Shown here piece after piece: positions 52,108 through 62,079 of a stretch of 64,000 bases of DNA. Position numbers and translations under genes: made by a program. The first letter of the stretch is position 1; each line of letters begins with the position of its first letter. The notes under the pieces were generated by a model. It did not search any database and had not been told where the DNA came from. It was given only the letters and a program-made list of their open reading frames with translations. The DNA is from Candidatus Poriferihabitaceae bacterium. Its GTDB lineage: Bacteria; Pseudomonadota; Gammaproteobacteria; Arenicellales; Poriferihabitantaceae. The stretch covers positions 1,408,313 to 1,472,312 of the forward strand of contig CBDFKV010000007.1 of NCBI GenBank assembly GCA_965249035.1. Direction: 5' to 3'.

Positions 52108-54513
52108 TTAATGCGCTCGCTCGGTTGCCTTATCCGAAGTTTTATCCGTATCTTCTGCAACCTTCGCGTCCGTCAGTTCTGACTCGTCCGGTAACGGCTC
52201 CAGCTTGGCTTCCAGTGCGTGTTCAATCACTTCGTCAACCCATTGCACCGGAATGATCTCAAGCTCATTCTTGACGTTATCCGGGATGTCATCTAAGTCT
52301 TTTTTGTTATCAATCGGGATCAGTACTTGCTTGACGCCGCTGGTCAACGCAGCCAACAGTTTTTCCTTCAAGCCGCCAATCGGTAACACTTCGCCGCGCA
52401 GCGTTATTTCACCGGTCATCGCGATGGTCGATTTAACCGCAACCCCAGTTAAAGCAGATACCAAAGCCACGCACATACCGATGCCCGCACTGGGCCCATC
52501 TTTAGGCGTTGCCCCTTCTGGCACGTGGATGTGTACGTCACTGTTTTGGTAAAAATTAGGATCAATGCCCCAAGCCTGGGCGCGACTACGAACTACACTC
52601 ATCGCCGCCTGAATAGACTCTTGCATCACATCTCCCAGCTTACCAGTGAACTGCTGCTTACCTTTACCCGGCACGATGGCGGCTTCAATATTCAACAACA
52701 CACCACCAACGCTGGTCCAAGCCAAACCGTTCACGCGGCCCACTTGGTTATTTGCATCAATTTCGCTGTCGCGAAATTTGCGCACACCCAAGTAATCATT
52801 GACGTCGTCAACATCGACTTTGATTGTCTTGTCGCCACCTAATAGCAGCTTCTTAACCACCTTACGAAAGATCTTTGAGATTTCTCGCTCTACATTCCGC
52901 ACGCCCGCTTCACGCGTGTAGCCACGAATGATTTCGATAAGGGCGTCATCCGTCAATTCGACTTCTTCTGCTTTCAAGCCGTTATCTTTTAGTTTGCGCT
53001 CTATCAAATAGCGTTTGGCGATATTAAATTTTTCTTCCTCGGTATAGCCCGATAAGCGAATCACTTCCATACGGTCCAACAATGGACCGGGAATATTCAT
53101 GGTATTGGCAGTGGCAATAAACATGACTTCTGACAAATCCACGTCGACCTCTAAATAGTGGTCGTTAAACGTATTATTCTGCTCTGGGTCTAACACCTCA
53201 AGTAACGCAGAAGAGGGGTCGCCGCGAAAATCCATCGCCATCTTATCGACTTCATCCAGCATCATGACCGGATTGCGGACACCACTTTTATTCAGCTGCT
53301 GGATGATTTTACCCGGCAAAGCACCGATATAGGTTCGACGATGACCTCGTATTTCTGCTTCATCACGCACGCCACCCAGCGACAGGCGCTGGAACTTGCG
53401 ATTAGTCGCCCGTGCGATTGACTTACCCAGTGAGGTTTTACCCACGCCTGGCGGGCCCACCAAACACAAAATGGGGCCTTTGATTTTCTTCAAGCGCTGC
53501 TGCACCGCCAATGACTCAATGATGCGCTCTTTGACCTTTTCCAGGCCAAAATGATCTTCTTCTAAGATCGCGTCGGCTTTTACCAAATCTTTGGACAGGC
53601 GCGTGCGCTTTTTCCACGGCACATCCAACAGAACATCGAGATAATTACGCAATACGGTTGCTTCAGCCGACATCGGCGACATCATCCGCAGTTTGCCCAA
53701 CTCTTTATCGGCTTTTTCACGCACGTCCTTGGGCATACCCGCCGTCCCAATACGCTCGGCTAACTCATCCAGCTCATTGCCACCTTCATCCATATCGCCC
53801 AACTCTTTTTGGATCGCCTTCATCTGCTCGTTGAGATAATACTCACGCTGACTACGTTCCATCTGCTGCTTGACCCGACCACGGATGCGCTTTTCTACCT
53901 TGAGCAAATCAATCTCGCCTTCCATCATGCTGAGGATCGACTCCAGTCGCTCTTTGGGATCGATATGCGCCAAAATACTTTGCTTGTCCTCATTTTTGAG
54001 GTTCAAGTGCGACGCCACCGTATCACCCATTCGGCTGGGGTCTTCAATTGCCGCCACCGAACTCAATACTTCTGAAGGGATTTTGGCACTTAGCTTGACG
54101 TATTTTTCAAAGGTTTCGTTGGTCGCTCGAATCAATACCTTAGATTCGCGCGGATCCAGCTCCGGCTCTTTTTGTTCAACCACTTCAGCCGTCAGTAATT
54201 CCTCGTCGGTATAACGCAAGACTTTTGCCCGCGCCAAGCCCTCAACCAACACTTTAAGCGTGCCATCGGGCAACTTCAGCATTTGTAGAATAGTCGCTAC
54301 CGCACCCACCTCATAGATGTTGTCAGGCGTTGGGTTATCGTCTGAGGCATCGTGTTGCGCAACCAGTAGAACTTTCTTATTCGCTTCCATGGCTTGATCA
54401 AGCGCTTTGATCGATTTTTCGCGGCCAACGAATAGCGGGATAACCATATGCGGAAACACTACAACGTCACGCAATGGTACGACCGGAAGCAGTTGTGTTT
54501 TTGATTTAGCCAT
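52108..54513 (-). CDS. lon: ATP-dependent Lon protease
   Basis: 801 aa with a Lon N-domain, Walker A GPPGVGKTS and the catalytic PKDGPSAG serine motif. Confidence 0.97.
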   Translation of the reverse strand: MAKSKTQLLPVVPLRDVVVFPHMVIPLFVGREKSIKALDQAMEANKKVLLVAQHDASDDNPTPDNIYEVGAVATILQMLKLPDGTLKVLVEGLARAKVLRYTDEELLTAEVVEQKEPELDPRESKVLIRATNETFEKYVKLSAKIPSEVLSSVAAIEDPSRMGDTVASHLNLKNEDKQSILAHIDPKERLESILSMMEGEIDLLKVEKRIRGRVKQQMERSQREYYLNEQMKAIQKELGDMDEGGNELDELAERIGTAGMPKDVREKADKELGKLRMMSPMSAEATVLRNYLDVLLDVPWKKRTRLSKDLVKADAILEEDHFGLEKVKERIIESLAVQQRLKKIKGPILCLVGPPGVGKTSLGKSIARATNRKFQRLSLGGVRDEAEIRGHRRTYIGALPGKIIQQLNKSGVRNPVMMLDEVDKMAMDFRGDPSSALLEVLDPEQNNTFNDHYLEVDVDLSEVMFIATANTMNIPGPLLDRMEVIRLSGYTEEEKFNIAKRYLIERKLKDNGLKAEEVELTDDALIEIIRGYTREAGVRNVEREISKIFRKVVKKLLLGGDKTIKVDVDDVNDYLGVRKFRDSEIDANNQVGRVNGLAWTSVGGVLLNIEAAIVPGKGKQQFTGKLGDVMQESIQAAMSVVRSRAQAWGIDPNFYQNSDVHIHVPEGATPKDGPSAGIGMCVALVSALTGVAVKSTIAMTGEITLRGEVLPIGGLKEKLLAALTSGVKQVLIPIDNKKDLDDIPDNVKNELEIIPVQWVDEVIEHALEAKLEPLPDESELTDAKVAEDTDKTSDKATERAH

Positions 54514-54559
54514 AGTCTATTGATTCTCCAGAGTATTGAGACGATGCCGATGATGCTTG

Positions 54560-54735
54560 GCAGCCTCATATTGTTTATTCACTAAGCACCATATGGCTCC
54601 TATTCTGCCTGCTTCAAGCGAACCGCTGTAAAAGAATTAGCAATACCCCCCCATAGATTACCCGAGAATACCCTGGGGAAAGAATTATTTGTCGGGATAG
54701 TGGCCGACTAAAGAATAGCCGCGCGCAGAGAACCA
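54560..54735 (-). ncRNA. ssrS: Candidate 6S RNA (ssrS), called mainly from conserved position downstream of zapA; boundaries approximate
   Basis: The 227-nt non-coding gap sits directly after zapA, where gammaproteobacterial ssrS normally lies. Partial long-range pairing (GGCT..ATTCT with AGAAT..AGCC, and CCCC with GGGG) surrounds a large internal mismatch region. I could not build a convincing full 6S fold by eye. Confidence 0.3.
54591..54618 (-). promoter_or_regulatory. Sigma32 (heat-shock)-like promoter upstream of lon
   Basis: The minus strand reads CTTGAA (54618-54613), a 14-nt spacer and AGCCATAT (54598-54591). The spacing and CCATAT core match the E. coli lon heat-shock promoter as I recall it (TTGAA-N14-CCCCATAT). 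It lies about 80 nt upstream of the lon ATG. Confidence 0.4.
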
Positions 54736-54740
54736 GTTGA

Positions 54741-55052
54741 CTAGATGCTGATTTGGCGATATTGCTCGATAGTGCGCTCGAGCTTACTTTGAATATCGCC
54801 GATTTGCTTTTCATAGGAGGCAAGCTTATCGCGTTGTTCTTTGAATTCCATTAGCTCAAAGCTGATATTGATCGCCGCTAGAACTGCGACACGCTCCGGC
54901 GCCATGACTCGACCACGCGAATTGATTTCGTCTAATTGTGAAATCAAATGATCAACGGCTAAGGATATTTTAGGTAGCTCTTCTTTGCTGCAGGATAGCT
55001 GATATTCCTTACCCAGTATTTCGCAGGAAAATCCCTTAGCTGATTTTTTCAT
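54741..55052 (-). CDS. zapA: Cell division protein ZapA
   Basis: 103 aa: ...ILGKEYQLSC...LAVDHLISQLDEI...RVAVLAAINISFEL, a ZapA-like sequence. Confidence 0.88.
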   Translation of the reverse strand: MKKSAKGFSCEILGKEYQLSCSKEELPKISLAVDHLISQLDEINSRGRVMAPERVAVLAAINISFELMEFKEQRDKLASYEKQIGDIQSKLERTIEQYRQISI

Positions 55053-55055
55053 CTT

Positions 55056-55265
55056 TTATGTCTGCTCACTGTCTAAGCCTTTCAGCCGTTCGACGATTCT
55101 TTCTACCCGAGTACGCGCGATGCTATTTTTTTCTTTTAATTGCACCCGCTCTTTATCCGCAACGCGCTGTTCATTTTTCAACGAACGGTTTTCGTCGTAG
55201 AGCGAACCACAGAGTTTGGCCAATTCCGCGACCTGATTTTCGAGTTGTTTTAGCGCGTCATCCAT
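55056..55265 (-). CDS. Small coiled-coil protein (ZapB-like / TIGR02449-type) upstream of zapA
   Basis: 69 aa, all heptad-like (LENQVAELAKLCGSLYDENRSLKNE...). A small coiled-coil gene is conserved in this position before zapA. Confidence 0.7.
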   Translation of the reverse strand: MDDALKQLENQVAELAKLCGSLYDENRSLKNEQRVADKERVQLKEKNSIARTRVERIVERLKGLDSEQT

Positions 55266-55360
55266 ATCTTAGCTGCATAGCAATCGTCAAAGCGCCCCAC
55301 TATAAAAGCCGCATGGGCTATAGGTCAAGCGCATCGTGAATTAAGACGCCATGATGATGC

Positions 55361-55786
55361 TTAGGCAAGCTGTTTTTCACGGATTTCATCCAAGGTCTTG
55401 CAATCAATGCACTGGGTAGCGGTTGGTCGGGCTTCCATACGCTTGATTCCAATCTCAACGCCACAAGTCTCACAAAACCCGTACTCGTCATCGTGTAGAC
55501 GCTTCATTGTGATATCGATGCGCTTTACCAGCTTGCGATCGCGGTCACGATTACGTAACTCCAGCGCCATGTCGGTTTCCTGACTGGCACGATCGGTTGG
55601 GTCTGGATGATTATTCGAACCATCTTGCATATGGGTCACTGTGTTGCGCGTCTCGTCCACCAAGCTCGCACGCCACGCTTCTAGAATATTACTAAAATGC
55701 GTGAGCTGCGCCTCACCCATATATTCTTCCCCTTTTGCTGGCTTATACGGTTGAATCCCGTAAATCAGATTGTTGTCTTTGCTCAT
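55361..55786 (-). CDS. dksA: RNA polymerase-binding transcription factor DksA
   Basis: 141 aa with a coiled coil bearing a DxxDxA-type tip (DPTDRASQE) and the C4 zinc finger CETCG...CIDCK. Confidence 0.95.
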   Translation of the reverse strand: MSKDNNLIYGIQPYKPAKGEEYMGEAQLTHFSNILEAWRASLVDETRNTVTHMQDGSNNHPDPTDRASQETDMALELRNRDRDRKLVKRIDITMKRLHDDEYGFCETCGVEIGIKRMEARPTATQCIDCKTLDEIREKQLA

Positions 55787-55892
55787 AGTCCACCTAGAAT
55801 AAACGACACTAAACGTTAAACGATCCCTTTTTAGAGGCGGCGCTTTATACCATCGACATTACCAAGATGCAATAGACAATCAACCCTCTGAC

Positions 55893-57098
55893 TCACGCAG
55901 TATTGAGTTGGACGTCAGCAAAGCGGCGCTTACCCACCTGATAAATATTTCGGCTACCTACAGCAATTTGTAACCGCGTGTCTTCAATTCGTTCGCCATC
56001 AATACGGACCGCGCCTTGCCTGATCATTCGTATTCCCTCTGAAGTAGAGGCAACCAACCCGGCATCCTTTAACAAATTAGCAATCGCCAGACCTCCTGGG
56101 TCGACCGACAATTGCTTGAATTCGATCTCTTCTGGCATCGCACCCTTTTGGAACTGGGCAATGAAACTCTGTTGCGCCCGATCGGCCAGGTCTGCTGAAT
56201 GAAAACGCGAAATTAATTCTTTGGCCAGCTCAAACTTGACGTCACGCGGGTTTCTACCCTCATCGACATCAACTCGCAATTGGTCAATTTGTGGCTGTGA
56301 CAGAAAACTCAGCAACTCGTAATAGCGCCACATCAAGTCATCTGAGATCGACATCACTTTGCCAAACATTGTATCGGGCGCTTCGGTAATACCGATGTAG
56401 TTATCGAGCGACTTTGACATTTTATTGACTCCGTCAAGCCCTTCAAGCAAAGGCACCGTCAACACCACTTGCGGTGCTTGACCGGCTTGTTTTTGTAGTT
56501 CACGGCCCACCAGTAAATTAAATTTCTGATCGGTACCACCCAGCTCAACATCCGCCCGCAATGCCACTGAGTCATACCCCTGAACCAGCGGATATAAAAA
56601 TTCATGGATCGCAATCGGCTGGCCGCCGGTGTAGCGTTTGTTAAAATCGTCCCGCTCCAACATCCGCGCTACCGTATGGCTGGCAGCCAACTTGATCAGC
56701 CCGGCTGAACCCAGCGCAGTCATCCACTTAGAATTGAACTCAACGATGGTTTTGTCAGGATCCAATATCTTAAATATCTGTTCTTGATAGGTTCGAGCAT
56801 TTTCCTGTATTTGCTCAGTTGTTAGTGGTTTACGGGTGATGTTCTTACCTGTAGGGTCACCGATCAAGCCGGTAAAGTCTCCCACCAAAAAGATGACTTC
56901 ATGGCCCAGTTCCTGGAACTGGCGCATCTTATTAATCAATACCGTGTGGCCGATATGCAAGTCCGGTGCAGTGGGGTCGAAGCCGGTTTTAATCCGTAGT
57001 GTTTTGCCCGACTTTAAGCGGGTGACTAATTCTTCCTCCACCAGGATTTCTTCAGCGCCACGACGAATTTCGGTCAGTTGGTCTTGGAGTGATTGCAT
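55893..57098 (-). CDS. tyrS: Tyrosine--tRNA ligase (type 2, TyrZ-like)
   Basis: 401 aa with a PDLHIGH (HIGH) motif, a KMSKS motif and a C-terminal S4-like domain. Confidence 0.96.
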   Translation of the reverse strand: MQSLQDQLTEIRRGAEEILVEEELVTRLKSGKTLRIKTGFDPTAPDLHIGHTVLINKMRQFQELGHEVIFLVGDFTGLIGDPTGKNITRKPLTTEQIQENARTYQEQIFKILDPDKTIVEFNSKWMTALGSAGLIKLAASHTVARMLERDDFNKRYTGGQPIAIHEFLYPLVQGYDSVALRADVELGGTDQKFNLLVGRELQKQAGQAPQVVLTVPLLEGLDGVNKMSKSLDNYIGITEAPDTMFGKVMSISDDLMWRYYELLSFLSQPQIDQLRVDVDEGRNPRDVKFELAKELISRFHSADLADRAQQSFIAQFQKGAMPEEIEFKQLSVDPGGLAIANLLKDAGLVASTSEGIRMIRQGAVRIDGERIEDTRLQIAVGSRNIYQVGKRRFADVQLNTA

Positions 57099-57314
57099 AA
57101 ATTTAAGTTTTTTCTTTGTTTATCAGTTAAGTAGTTTCGGCTATCAGCCATAAGTCTATGATTTTAAGCTTTACTTGAAAGCCCTGTGCCAACATGACAT
57201 AATCCGGCGCCATATTGTGCTTGGGTTTCCAGGCGAAGGTGCGTGTCATTCGTAACTAGTTCGACGACTCGCGATCATCGGCAACATTAATTTTCATTTT
57301 TAGAAAAATCGGGT

Positions 57315-58838
57315 ATGTCTGGACAGCACAATCCACAAGTTTACTACGACTATAGCCACCTATCGACTTCGACCCCTCATCACCGTAACAACAGCAGTGA
57401 TGGCCGTAAAAATCCGATACTGCTTAGTGCCCCACCGATAAGAAAACTCCGGTCTATCAGTATAGTAGTCATAATCCTAGCGATGATCTGGCTAATGTCG
57501 CCGCTCACCAGTGACGCGAATTATAAAGCAGACGACAACCCAATCACTAGCGCTGATATCCCACCTGCCCCATTTACTGCATTCGACTATTCACCACCGG
57601 AAATAAGTGAGGTAGAAGTGGTTGGCGCTGACGTTCAAGTGGCGCTACTAGCTAATCAAGTGCCTGACCGCCTCAATGACGCCGTCAACGCCCCTCTGCT
57701 GGCCTTTGTTAAGCCAAGTACACCCATAGCCACCTCCAAACCAGGGCACACTAAAAGCCTTACCGTAAAGTCCGGAGATACCTTGAGTGGCCTATTTAAT
57801 CGCGCCGATTTACCGTTGGTCGCTGCCATCAAACTGGCCAAAGTTAAGGAAGCCGCTCCGCTGAGTCAGCTGCAGCCGGGCAATGATATTCAATTTCATT
57901 TCACGGGCGACAACCAACTCGAAAGTATTGAATACACGATCGATAAGCTGAGCACGCTGGTCGCGATACCGGCGAGTGGTAACTACAATGTCTACACCCA
58001 CACCAAGGAAGTCAGCTACCAAACTTTTGTGACCAAAGGCACCATCCAAGATTCACTGGGACAAGCAGCCAAAGACGCCGGAATCCCATATTCTCTGGCC
58101 ATGCAAATGGTCGATATTTTTAAGTGGGAAATCGATTTTGGTCGAGATATTCAGCCGGGCGATCACTTCTCACTGGTCTACCAAAAAGCGGTGCTAAACG
58201 GCGAAGTCATTAGCGAGGGACCGATCCTTGCTGCAGAGTTCACCAATCAGAATGAAGCGGTTCGAGCGGTACGATTTACCGACGATGAAAGCAACCACCA
58301 CTATTTCACCCCCGAAGGCGATAGCTTACGTCGCGGTTTTCTGCGCACTCCCGTGCGCAGCGCACGAATTACATCGGGTTTTAGCAAACGACGATTTCAC
58401 CCGATCAAAAAGAAATGGCGCGCCCATAAAGGCGTCGATTACGGGGCACCACGTGGTACGCCCATTCTTGCCTCTGGCGATGGTGTTGTGCAATTTAGCG
58501 GCGGCAAAAATGCTTATGGTAAAACCGTCATCCTTCGTCACGGCGGCACCTACACTACGTTATATGCACACATGAAAGGCTTTGCACGCGGGATTCGTGC
58601 TGGCAAGCGCGTTCAACAAGGTGACATCATTGGTTATGTCGGTAGCACCGGGTTGGCGAGTGGTCCGCACCTACACTATGAATTCCGCGTTAATGGTCAA
58701 CATCGTGACCCACTGAGTGTCAAACTGCCAAAAGCAGAACCGCTACCCAACCGATGGGCCAACACATTCAAGCAACAATCTTCGCCATTGCTTGCCCAAT
58801 TGGATAGTGGAACACCCACTCGATTTGCCAAAAAATAG
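57315..58838 (+). CDS. M23-family peptidoglycan DD-metalloendopeptidase (OapA/LysM-like N-region)
   Basis: TM anchor and the M23 catalytic motifs HKGVDYGAPRGTPI and GPHLHYEF. Divergent from tyrS, as in Pseudomonas. Confidence 0.9.
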   Translation: MSGQHNPQVYYDYSHLSTSTPHHRNNSSDGRKNPILLSAPPIRKLRSISIVVIILAMIWLMSPLTSDANYKADDNPITSADIPPAPFTAFDYSPPEISEVEVVGADVQVALLANQVPDRLNDAVNAPLLAFVKPSTPIATSKPGHTKSLTVKSGDTLSGLFNRADLPLVAAIKLAKVKEAAPLSQLQPGNDIQFHFTGDNQLESIEYTIDKLSTLVAIPASGNYNVYTHTKEVSYQTFVTKGTIQDSLGQAAKDAGIPYSLAMQMVDIFKWEIDFGRDIQPGDHFSLVYQKAVLNGEVISEGPILAAEFTNQNEAVRAVRFTDDESNHHYFTPEGDSLRRGFLRTPVRSARITSGFSKRRFHPIKKKWRAHKGVDYGAPRGTPILASGDGVVQFSGGKNAYGKTVILRHGGTYTTLYAHMKGFARGIRAGKRVQQGDIIGYVGSTGLASGPHLHYEFRVNGQHRDPLSVKLPKAEPLPNRWANTFKQQSSPLLAQLDSGTPTRFAKK

Positions 58839-59940
58839 TCCGACCCGGATCGTCGGGCTAATGTCCGGCACCAGCATGGACGGTATTGATGGCGTGTTAA
58901 CCCGGTTTGAGCCGGGCCAGCCACCAGTGACAGAAGCCAGCACCTATTTTCCCTACCCTCCGCAATTTATAGACCAACTCAGCACTTTATTGCGCCCCGG
59001 TGATAATGAACTCGAGCGTGCTGCACAGCTGGGCACGACGCACAGCTACTACGCAGCCGAATTGGTCGCCAGCCTGATTGCTGATTTCACTCCCAATCAA
59101 ATTACAGCCATAGGTAACCACGGGCAAACCGTTCGCCATGCCCCACTGGCCAACCCAGCCTATACCCTACAAATTGGTAATGGTGCCGTACTCGCCGAAC
59201 AAACCGGCATTACTACGGTCACAGACTTTCGCTCCCGGGACATCGCTGCCGGCGGAGAAGGTGCGCCATTGGTTCCTGCATTCCACCACGCGGTATTTAG
59301 CCAAGCTGGTCAACACCGGATTATTGTCAATATTGGCGGCATTTCCAATATCAGCTCCCTGCCTGGCGACGACCCCGCTGGCGTCACTGGCTTCGACTGT
59401 GGCCCCGGGAATACGCTGCTCGATAACTGGGCATCCTCCCATATAGGCCAGGCTTATGACCACAACGGTGAGTGGGGCCGTTCTGGAACGATTGATGACA
59501 AATTGCTAAACAGGCTGCTCAGCGAGCCCTATTTCAAACGTATTCCGCCCAAAAGCACGGGCCGAGAATTGTTTAACAGGGATTGGCTGCAACGGTATCT
59601 CAGCCCACAGCCCTCAAACGCCGCTGACGTTCAAGCCAGCCTCACGGCGCTTACTGCACGGGCAATTACAGACGCCATCGATCAATACGCCGCAACACGC
59701 CCAGATCGGATTTATCTGTGTGGCGGAGGTGCAAAAAATCAATTTTTAACCGATCTGATTACTGCATATGGCCCTTGCCCAGTCACCACTACAGCTGAGC
59801 TCGGGATCGACCCACAAACAGTTGAGGCGGTGGCTTTTGCCTGGCTGGCCCAACAAACCCTATCGCACCTGCCCGGCAATCTACCTGCAGTGACGGGCGC
59901 ACGCCGATCAGTAGTTTTGGGTTGCGTTCACCCTGCTTAG
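58825..59940 (+). CDS. anmK: Anhydro-N-acetylmuramic acid kinase
   Basis: ...IVGLMSGTSMDGIDGV...DFRSRDIAAGGEGAPLVPAFH... The start is uncertain. TTG at 58825 keeps the conserved residues before GLMSGTS but overlaps the M23 gene by 14 nt. The first ATG is at 58861. Confidence 0.9.
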   Translation: MPKNSPTRIVGLMSGTSMDGIDGVLTRFEPGQPPVTEASTYFPYPPQFIDQLSTLLRPGDNELERAAQLGTTHSYYAAELVASLIADFTPNQITAIGNHGQTVRHAPLANPAYTLQIGNGAVLAEQTGITTVTDFRSRDIAAGGEGAPLVPAFHHAVFSQAGQHRIIVNIGGISNISSLPGDDPAGVTGFDCGPGNTLLDNWASSHIGQAYDHNGEWGRSGTIDDKLLNRLLSEPYFKRIPPKSTGRELFNRDWLQRYLSPQPSNAADVQASLTALTARAITDAIDQYAATRPDRIYLCGGGAKNQFLTDLITAYGPCPVTTTAELGIDPQTVEAVAFAWLAQQTLSHLPGNLPAVTGARRSVVLGCVHPA

Positions 59941-59943
59941 GCA

Positions 59944-60669
59944 ATGGCAATTGACAATCAGACGCCAACGACCACGGTTTGGCTGGCACGCCTATCTGAC
60001 ATTTCGCAGGCATGCTACGATAAAAGCTATGCACTACTGGGTTCGGAAGAACGCCAGCGCTTACAGCGCATTCAGTCCGAGAAGAAACAAGCCGAGTATT
60101 TATCAAGCCGCGCATTGTTACGCCACGCTCTCAGCCAGATATTTAAACAAGCTCCTGAATTCTGGCAATTTGAACAACCACCGAATCATCCCCCGACACT
60201 ACGTAACCGAGGGTATACAGCAACCATTAGCTTGAGCCACACTACCGAACTGGTTGGCGTAGCCATCGACAGCAAGCCGCTGGGATTAGACATAGAATCA
60301 AATAGAATCAACCGCAACCTCGATGCCATCACCAGGCGCGTATTCACTCCCGAACAATCCGCGTTGATCGTCGCCGCCGCTCCGGCCCAAAAACAAGCCC
60401 ATTTTCTGGCACTATGGACGCGCAAGGAAGCGTTGTATAAAGCCCATACAATTAATCAAACACCCTTTGAATTCTTCAGTACCCAAGCCATTATAGAACC
60501 CCCTTTCCAGCTCAGCTACGCACTTGCAGCCAATCACCTCATAGCACTGGCTTATCAACCAGGCGATGCTGATATCATCTGGCGAAGCTGCATACCGTTT
60601 GAGGCAGACAAGCACAACCCAATCGAAATGGACACCCACCACCGTCCTCAGATATTTGATTTACTATAA
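59944..60669 (+). CDS. 4'-phosphopantetheinyl transferase (Sfp/EntD-type)
   Basis: SLSHT...GLDIE...WTRKEALYKA motifs, typical of PPTase superfamily group II. Confidence 0.85.
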   Translation: MAIDNQTPTTTVWLARLSDISQACYDKSYALLGSEERQRLQRIQSEKKQAEYLSSRALLRHALSQIFKQAPEFWQFEQPPNHPPTLRNRGYTATISLSHTTELVGVAIDSKPLGLDIESNRINRNLDAITRRVFTPEQSALIVAAAPAQKQAHFLALWTRKEALYKAHTINQTPFEFFSTQAIIEPPFQLSYALAANHLIALAYQPGDADIIWRSCIPFEADKHNPIEMDTHHRPQIFDLL

Positions 60670-60717
60670 ACAGCTCTTCGTCTAGAATTCAAATAACTAA
60701 TCAACTGACTACCAACC

Positions 60718-61143
60718 ATGGCCCAAGATAAAACCGAAGAGATTTTGCCACAAGCTGCTTTTGATTTACTCAAAGATGACCCGCGCGCACTGCTGGTAGA
60801 TATTCGCTCATCCATGGAGTTCTTATTTGTCGGCCACCCGGCTGATGCGGTTCATGTCGCGTGGATTGATGAACCCGACTGGGTGGTTAACCCCCACTTT
60901 ATCCAAGAAATTCGCAAACTCATCCTCGGTGGCGTAGTTTGTGCAGACGAAGGCTGCGTACCGATTTTGTTGATTTGTCGCAGCGGCAAACGCTCCCTGG
61001 AAGCAGGCGACCACCTTATCAAAAATGGCTTAACAAATATTTTCTCCGTCGCCGGCGGTTTTGAAGGTGAATTGGACAACAATCATCGGCGAAGCACCAT
61101 TAACGGCTGGCGTCACGAAAGTCTGCCCTGGGTACAGTGCTAA
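60718..61143 (+). CDS. Rhodanese-like sulfurtransferase domain protein
   Basis: 141 aa with an active-site loop LICRSGKRS. Confidence 0.8.
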   Translation: MAQDKTEEILPQAAFDLLKDDPRALLVDIRSSMEFLFVGHPADAVHVAWIDEPDWVVNPHFIQEIRKLILGGVVCADEGCVPILLICRSGKRSLEAGDHLIKNGLTNIFSVAGGFEGELDNNHRRSTINGWRHESLPWVQC

Positions 61144-61247
61144 TATAGCCAGCAAATAGCGAGCATAAAAAAGCACGACACTCTTAGTTCGCGCTTATAC
61201 TTTAACTGCTTTACCTCGACAGTTAATCAATAGATTTTAGCAAAACC

Positions 61248-61703
61248 TTAAGTTTCAGGATTTAACTGTGCTTTGACCATCGCGCTCAGCTTACTCATGT
61301 CTGCGCGTCCATTGATTTCCGATTTCAACCAACCCATAACTTTACCCATATCACAGGGGGCTTGGGCACCCGTGCTGGTGATTGCTTCGGAGACTAGCGC
61401 AGCGACTTCCTCATCTGAAAATTGTTCGGGCAAATACTCCTCGAACACATTCAAACTAAGCGTTTCTTTTTCGACCAAATCTGGCCGATTCCCCGCTGAA
61501 AACTGCGTAATGGAATCATTCGACTGTTTAACCAACTTTTGCACGACGGCCAATACGCCCTCGTCGTCAAGTTCGATTTGATCGTCGATTTCCTTGCGCT
61601 GAATAGCGGCGCGAACCAGTCGTACTGCTTCTACGCGCGCTGCAGCCTTCTCTTTCATTGCCGACTTCATATCATCAGCGATTCGCTGCTTAAGAGATGT
61701 CAT
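61248..61703 (-). CDS. GatB/YqeY domain-containing protein
   Basis: 151 aa: ...IADDMKSAMKEKAAARVEAVRLVRAAIQRKEID... Follows rpsU, as in Pseudomonas. Confidence 0.88.
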   Translation of the reverse strand: MTSLKQRIADDMKSAMKEKAAARVEAVRLVRAAIQRKEIDDQIELDDEGVLAVVQKLVKQSNDSITQFSAGNRPDLVEKETLSLNVFEEYLPEQFSDEEVAALVSEAITSTGAQAPCDMGKVMGWLKSEINGRADMSKLSAMVKAQLNPET

Positions 61704-61796
61704 ACGGCACCTTTGGAATTAAAGAGACGGGAATTTTTTATTAGGTATGCGCTGTTTTGATCGCATACTGAGTTCTAACTACTGGCTTGGTAAAGC

Positions 61797-62012
61797 TTAA
61801 CAGCAGTGACGTCGACGAATTCGGCCTTTGGAAGCACGTTTCATTTCACGACGCTCAGATACCGCCTTTTCACGCTTTCGAACAGCGGTAGGCTTTTCGT
61901 AGGCTTGTCTGCTGCGTGATTCTGTAAATACGCTTGCACGCTCGCAGGTCCGACGAAATCGGCGCAGTACAAAGTCAAACACATCATCTTGCCTTACGCG
62001 AATGCTCGGCAT
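61797..62012 (-). CDS. rpsU: 30S ribosomal protein S21
   Basis: 71 aa: [28 protein letters not shown]...[14 protein letters not shown]21-like. Confidence 0.93.
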   Translation of the reverse strand: MPSIRVRQDDVFDFVLRRFRRTCERASVFTESRSRQAYEKPTAVRKREKAVSERREMKRASKGRIRRRHCC

Positions 62013-62050
62013 AGGTTCACTCCAACGGGTTGTTCACAAAAAGGGCGCGT

Positions 62051-62079
62051 ATTCTAACGCTACTGCTAAGGTTTGTATA
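62051..62079 (-). promoter_or_regulatory. Putative sigma70 promoter of rpsU, abutting the IS insertion point
   Basis: The minus strand reads TATACA (62079-62074), a 17-nt spacer and TAGAAT (62056-62051), about 40 nt upstream of the rpsU ATG. The -35 element touches the target-site duplication. Confidence 0.35.

Noticed and set aside
54614-54823. A 69-aa minus-strand ORF spanning the zapA 3' end and the spacer.
   Set aside because: It is out of frame with zapA and covers the non-coding spacer that is better explained by RNA or promoter elements.
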